DNA of 55,858 bases, counting the filler, from Sphacelaria rigidula (Eukaryota), in NCBI GenBank assembly GCA_964200075.2. It is 5 parts of 5 records of this genome, joined end to end, with 100 filler letters (N's around TTAATTAATTAA, not from the genome) between each part and the next. Parts side by side here need not be neighbours in the genome. Positions count along the whole stretch, not along the records: positions 44,768 to 55,858 come from CAXNAA020005404.1; 4 more parts are not named here. One strand, given 5' to 3'. Numbering within the stretch: position 1 is the first letter of the stretch; every line of letters begins with the position of its first letter. The translations under genes were made by a program, and so were the position numbers. The notes below the pieces were generated by a model. It saw only the letters and a list, made by a program, of their open reading frames with translations. It searched no databases and was not told the origin of the DNA. Positions 50,131-55,858 of this stretch are shown piece after piece.

Positions 50131-50345
50131 GAAAATATGGCGAGGATTAAAGCCCAGGCAGCGTCCGAAAATTCCGGGGCGAAGGCAATTGCCGCCGCAG
50201 CGGCAGCTGCAGCAGCGGAGGCGGCGGCGGCAGCGGCGGCAGAGGCAGAGGCAGAGGCTGCGGAGGAGAGCGAAGAGCCACAAGAATCTGAACCAAAACC
50301 GGATCCGATCCCAACCTCCAAATACGGTCACTCCAACATCCGGAG
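50131..50345 (+). CDS. Exon of bromodomain protein gene (poly-Ala/Glu)
   Basis: cag|GAA AAT ATG GCG...CGG AG|gtgcgt; ENMARIKAQAASEN...KYGHSNIRR; phase 2 matches the next exon. Confidence 0.7.
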
Positions 50346-51515
50346 GTGCGTTGTTGTTGGTTCTCACACATTTGGCTTTTTTTCAGAAATGTAGCAGCCG
50401 TGGTCACCAAGCCATGTCACAAGGGATATGATACAAGAAAAATCTGAGTAATACGCCCACGAATATGCGAACACGGCGCCCGCAGGGTGGGGTTCTACAA
50501 GTACGCCAAAGAAACAAAAATAACATTTCAAATATATTCGTTCGACTCGAAAGAGATTAGGATACAGCAAGAGAAAAAACGTCGGTTACATGGTACCTAC
50601 GCAAGTTTGAAGATACCGAGGAGGCCAAATAGGGGAAAACCTCAGATCAACATACCGAACAAGTCAGGACAGGGCAGTGTGTGTTGGTGTGCCGGAGTTA
50701 TGAACTGCAGCATAAGCTGTCGAAGAGCCGGAAGCTCCTCATGATCAGCCTATGCTTTGAAGTTTTTGTTGTTATACCAACGAGCGATGGGCTACGAACA
50801 AACCGACGAGAGGATATTTACGTCGTCAGCAATCGCACGCGGTCATTAAGCCCGTTCATGGTTGGAACGTGCTGTCATGTTTTGTCGATCGCGGACGAAT
50901 TACATGAGAACGTGCATCCCACCCCTCCCTAGATAGTGAGACATCCATGAGGCAGTACGCAACCGGTGCCTGTCTCTGGAAGTGGCGATACCAGAGACTG
51001 AAGCAATTCGTTCGACGCTGTGATCCATATGCGAGATAGTCAGTACGCTTCGGGCCGAACAATTTTAGCAGGATGCAGCTCTCTCTCCATGCGACTCGCC
51101 GAACACGTCACGGCGCTTGGTGACTACGAGCCTTACCCGGCGAAAATTCGGCGTGCTCCGTCCCGACTTTGTAGGGAGGCGAGCTCAAAGGTCTTCTGAC
51201 TATGGTTGCATGCAGTGTCGAATATGATGTATGTATATCGCACAATATAAAATAGATTCGACACAGTGTGCAGTACACCTTATGCCGACTTAGTCTATTG
51301 TCAATCAAACGTACGGAGGTTACGCACACACGAATGGGTACAGGAAGCTCGGACGACACAAGGACATACACATATATGTATATACATACTCACACAGACG
51401 TGAAATACACGCATATCTTCCTTCCTCAAATCGTAGAAGTCACTTGTGCATTGTGGCATTTACTCTCTCTCTCTCTCTCCTTCTCTCTCTGTATTCCTGT
51501 TGCATGCTTTTCCAG

Positions 51516-51627
51516 GTTTTTGGCGCATATCACCCCGGCGGAGATGTGCCCGGAGTGGGTCGGCGCGTTACTGTCGGTCAACCGCGCGGCCACGAGAAAC
51601 GGCCCTGAAGTCAAGAAAGCCATCCAG
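51516..51627 (+). CDS. Exon of bromodomain protein gene
   Basis: ttttccag|G TTT TTG...ATC CAG|gtactg; FLAHITPAEMCPEWVGALLSVNRAATRNGPEVKKAIQ. Confidence 0.75.
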
Positions 51628-53732
51628 GTACTGTTGAAACGGGAGCGAGTCGTGTATTCCTCTTGAGGGCTGCAGTACGCGAACCGTATGACATGGAACA
51701 ATGAAAACTATGCTGTTAATGAAAACTGTACTGTCTGTATCACTCATAGGTTGATAGCACCCGCGAATGGTGAAAAATTCAGTTGTTCTGGCGCCATCTC
51801 AATACGCTGGTAGCCCCGCCACAGTACGATCCTCGGAATAACGGGGTCCGTCCCATTATAGTGCGGTTGAAGTTGCCCATCCAAAGTCCGAGCCGCTGTC
51901 CTGTTTTAACACTATTTTCGATCGTTTCTCTTTGTGTTCTTGATGTCTCTCTCTTTTTCTATTTTTTTTCAGGACTCTCAGAAGAAGCTGCGGACTTGAT
52001 TGATTAATTGATTGTCGCATATTAAGCTTTTGGGACTCGCAATGGAAAAGTGCTGATTTCGAGGTGCTGTGTTTTGAACAACACGTGGTTGATAGTTCGC
52101 AGCTTCCAATGACCACTATTTTGCCCAAATGCGTGTTTTTCAGACCCGCGACCGCTTCCAACTAGCGGTGAATCGCGTAAATACCGTATCGCACCTCAAT
52201 CCTTCCACATGTGGTGAGGACATTTCTGTGTGCTCAGCCGTACTGCTTTGTTTCTGTGATATGGCTTAGCACGCCTGCCAAATGTTGGGCGGGTACGACC
52301 TTTGGACTGCAGCAGAGCAATACCCCGGTGGGGTGCGTCACCTAAATAAATGTGTGCCGCAGTGCCACACAGGACTAAATATATAGAAAATATACAGGCG
52401 GTGCTGATTTTTGTTGTATGGAATTCAGAGGCCGCGGTGCTGGTGTTTGCTGTGTGCACAAAGTTGAACATACTTGACCCGTTGCGTCCCCTCATTCGAT
52501 AAAACTAATCTGACCGCACCGGGGCGACATCTTTGGTGAGAGCATGACGTATGTCGATGGATTCTTCTGTGGCCTGCCGCCGTGAAAATGGTTGTTGTCG
52601 GCATTTTTTTCCCCATCTTGTCTTCTTTGTCAGCGGTTGAAATAATGAGGCGTCTGGACAGGGGACGGGAGGGGGGTGTTCCCAAAGGGTTGAGTGATCA
52701 CATCAACGCATCAAAAACGCATCTCCATCTCTTATGAGGAATAGTGCCAGTGAAGATTCTAGAAAGGCAAGCCCATGTCTGTGATGACGGGTTCGAGAAA
52801 TCGTGCTAATGGGCTGAAATAACGATAATAATATCCAGCGCCGTGCGGGATCTCACTGTGATGCGGTCATAGGAGGTTGGCAACAGCCCACCGCACTGTA
52901 CTGGGACCTTCGATGCACGTTCAAGAGGTCTATAGATACCGTGCCTGACCCTGTACAATTTGCACCTCTGTGGCGTACAGGCTATGTGTCGGTCTATTTT
53001 CCTCTTGACCACAAAAAACCCTGTGTACGGTGTGCGTTTTGTGCGCACATACCATTGGCTATAATATTTACGGCTTGTATGTACTTGTAAGTTACATACG
53101 TGAAATAAAAAAGCCTAATGTTTTTGTGATGAATGTGGTGAATTTTCGTTCAGGATGCGATCGAGCGATGTAAGGACAAGGATACACCGAAGGTTGTTAT
53201 GGATGCCATGGAGCGGTCGATCAAGGACGATGTTTTCAAGGCTGCCAATGCTCGACTCACGAAGGAGATTGCCTTGGAGGTGAGAAACAGAGGACATGAT
53301 CTGTGTATTTATTTTTCCTTACTCTTCGCACTTTAATTTGATTTCATTTTCCAAAACGTCCCACCCCCGCTACTCACCCTTGCCTGTCTCGAGAGTATAG
53401 TTCTAGTTGCGGGGGGAAGAGTCCAGCCCCCTAATTTCAGTTGAGGTGAGGTCTCTCAGGCGCAGGCTGTGTTTGGAGTCACGTGAAGGTTCTGTTTCCT
53501 CTTGACAGGATAGGGGTCAGGTATGAGGGTAATGAGGCAAACCAGGGGGAACATGCCTTTCTGTATCCGCGGGAGGGGGGGAGGGATTCGTCAAGTCACG
53601 GTAGAGGTTGTGCGCGAGAAGATGACACCCCTGTGTTTTGAAATGTCAAGAAATGGTGCACTGACCTACTCTGATCGATGTTTCCGTGCCCCCTCGCCGC
53701 CCCTCCCCCTCAAACGTCGGAACCCAAACTAG

Positions 53733-54001
53733 GTATTGGTGGACCATCTCCTGGACAACGTTGACGATGTTGTAGGTCTAGAGCTCGGCCCAAGGGATGA
53801 GCCACTCTTGCCCGGCACGCTCATGGCCATGCGAGGAGTGCGCGCCAGTGAGGAAACGTCGGCGACGGCAGCGGTGGCGAGTGGGGGGAATGATGGGGGT
53901 GGGAAGAGCGGAGCTGCGGCTGGTAAAGAGGCGGCGACGGCGGAGCGGCGAGAAAGCGGGTGGGGTGCGGACGGCGGGGCGAAGATGGACAGTATGCGGA
54001 G
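53733..54001 (+). CDS. Exon of bromodomain protein gene
   Basis: ctag|GTA TTG GTG...CGG AG|gtgtgt; VLVDHLLDNVDD...KMDSMRR; phases 0 and 2 fit both neighbours. Confidence 0.78.
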
Positions 54002-54039
54002 GTGTGTGTGCCTGCTGATGGAGGACAAGGGCAGGGTAT

Positions 54040-54435
54040 TGTTGTCGATGTCGGTGTCGTTGTTGGCGTTGTTGGCGTTGACGTTGGCGTTGACGTTGGC
54101 GTTAGTGTTGGCGTTGGTGGTGGCCTTGGCCTTGGCGTCGGTGTCGGTGACGGTGTCGGTGTCGATGTTGGCGTTGGCGTTGGTGTTAGCGTCCGTGTGG
54201 GTGTGGATGTGGGTGTTGGTGTTAGCGTCCTTGTCGGCATCGGTGTCAGTGTGTTGGTAGCGGTAGCGGTAGCGGTAGCGGTAGACTGGCGCTAGAGTTA
54301 GTGTCAAGATGAGGGCTAGCATTGGCGTTGTAGTCGGTGTCGATGTCGGCGTTGGTGGTGTGCGTGTGCGTGTGCGTGTGCGTGTGCGTGTGCGTGTGCG
54401 TGTGCGTGTGCGTGTGCGTTTGCGTTTGCGTGTGT
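54040..54435. repeat. Compound hexanucleotide microsatellites (GTTGGC, GCGGTA, GTGCGT), intronic
   Basis: Visible directly. Confidence 0.9.
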
Positions 54436-54771
54436 CGATTAAGGGAGGGAACGGACGGGTGTTCGATGGCTGTGCCTTCTTGACGAATAGTAGGGTATGA
54501 CACAGCAATAATGAATGACGGGCGCTATTTCACTGTACAGTACGGTGTAATTGTAGCTCAACACAGTACATCTTGTTTAGTTTCTGGCATGTCTTTTGGA
54601 AATTTAACGCGATTGAGTCTAGGAGATCCGACCCCAAACCCTGAAAACTAGGGGCTGACCCAAAATACTTGATTGTCGAGTTGCATGTTCACAAGTATGA
54701 AATCGTCATCTCGTCCTCGTCCTCGTCCTCGCCTGCTCCTCTTGCCGATTCTTGTTTTAATCCCCCTTTAG

Positions 54772-54921
54772 ATGTCGGGCTCTTGTACGCTACCTTGCTA
54801 CTGCTCCGTCCAGCCTAGTGTTCCGCAAACCCGTGGACACGACGCTTTTCACCGACTACTTCAACTACGTGGACGAGCCCATCGACCTACGCACCGTCGA
54901 TAGGCGCTTGGCCGGCAGCGA
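54772..54921 (+). CDS. Bromodomain, N-terminal half (exon)
   Basis: ctttag|A TGT CGG...AGC GA|gtgagt; CRALVRYLATAPSSLVFRKPVDTTLFTDYFNYVDEPIDLRTVDRRL matches F.KPVD...DY...P.DL.T. Confidence 0.92.
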
Positions 54922-55239
54922 GTGAGTACTTGGATCTTCGTGCAGTACCCGCGGTATGATGCATTTTTGTTCTTGTTAGCTATATGGTACGTGAGCAGGC
55001 AAAAAGACATGAAATAAAGCCAGCGAAGGAAACTGCGTTTTTTTTTTGTAATATTCTCATGTATTGTAGCCCTGTCTTTGTTTCTCTTCATCTTGTGTAG
55101 TGTAGTATTTTGCAGATGCGACCTAAATAGTGATGCCGTTCTCGCCAATTTCAATGTACAACTGGTTGGTGTGAACAAGCGCGCAGCGATATGTTGGTAT
55201 TTTTGTTTTTTCCTCGTTCGCTTTTTTTTTTATTTGCAG

Positions 55240-55407
55240 ATACGGCCAGAGCGTGATGCGCTTCGCCAATGATGTGCGATTGGTGTGGAGAAACGCAAAG
55301 CGGTATAACAAGGAGGGGTCGGGGGTTCACGCCGCGGCCGATGCTCTCGGGAAGGCGTTCGAGTGTCTCTTGGAGCGATGGGTCATGGGCCCTTGGAGGG
55401 CTAAGAG
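55240..55407 (+). CDS. Bromodomain, C-terminal half (exon)
   Basis: tttgcag|A TAC...AAG AG|gtgggt; YGQSVMRFANDVRLVWRNAKRYNKEGSGVHAAADALGKAFE, with the conserved acetyl-lysine-binding Asn in YN. Confidence 0.93.
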
Positions 55408-55785
55408 GTGGGTGGCGGGTGCGGCAGCGATACTCCCTTGGCAACATGACGCTTGTTTGCTCTTCTCCTATCTAAAATAGGATGTTTCGTGGAATTGGGA
55501 TGTATAACAAAAATAGAGTACAATAGTACAATATGCCATGCTGTATTTATTCATCATTTTGCGTCTCTCGAGGCAAGATTGACTCTGGAGCTGAAGATCG
55601 AAACGACCGTTAGAGGGGAGGTAGGCGTTGATTACGGAGAGATAACGGTTTTTATCAGTTTGTGGTTGTCGCTGATCGTGACTCAAGTTCTCCACTTATT
55701 TCCTCGTATTCAACAGTCGGCCAGTCTACATGTGCAAATTGGGTCTGGAACCCCCATTCTCCCCCTCCTCCCCCACCTATCCATC

Positions 55786-55858
55786 CCTGGTCCGGCGAAA
55801 ACCCGGCGTGCTCCGTCCCGGCTTTGTTGGGATGCAAGGTCAATGGTCTTATGACTAT
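55786..55858 (+). repeat. Copy of the C-tailed short repeat, cut by the window end
   Basis: cctggtccggcgaaaacccggcgtgctccgtcccggctttgttgggatgcaaggtcaatggtcttatgactat. Confidence 0.85.

Noticed and set aside
51972-52007. Strong acceptor-like site suggesting an extra exon
   Set aside because: Runs into a repeat tail with stops, and the flanking exons already join in phase.
53729-54508. 259-aa minus-strand ORF and overlapping dipeptide-repeat ORFs
   Set aside because: Produced by intronic hexamer microsatellites and the antisense of a real exon.

Overview
Eukaryotic, intron-rich, repeat-dense genomic DNA, probably from a brown alga or related stramenopile (inferred from exon/intron style and transposon families; not provable here). 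The window is five contigs joined by four artificial 100-nt spacers (N44-TTAATTAATTAA-N44), so adjacency across them means nothing biologically. Host genes appear only as spliced exons, mostly missed by the ORF track: a coiled-coil exon (1-1000, -), two tRNA-dihydrouridine synthase (DUS1-like) exons (-), and a multi-exon bromodomain gene (45036-55407, +). The main feature is a decayed ~10 kb Ty3/Gypsy LTR retrotransposon (22.4-32.7 kb). Its Gag has an RS-rich N-terminus and a CCCH finger, an in-frame TGA plus hairpin separates gag from pol, and its integrase ends in a chromodomain followed by a Tudor-like domain. Also present: two LINE relics, a DIRS-like tyrosine-recombinase relic, several MITE/foldback elements, short SINE-like repeat families and satellites. 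All protein assignments come from manual translation and motif recognition; no searches were run.
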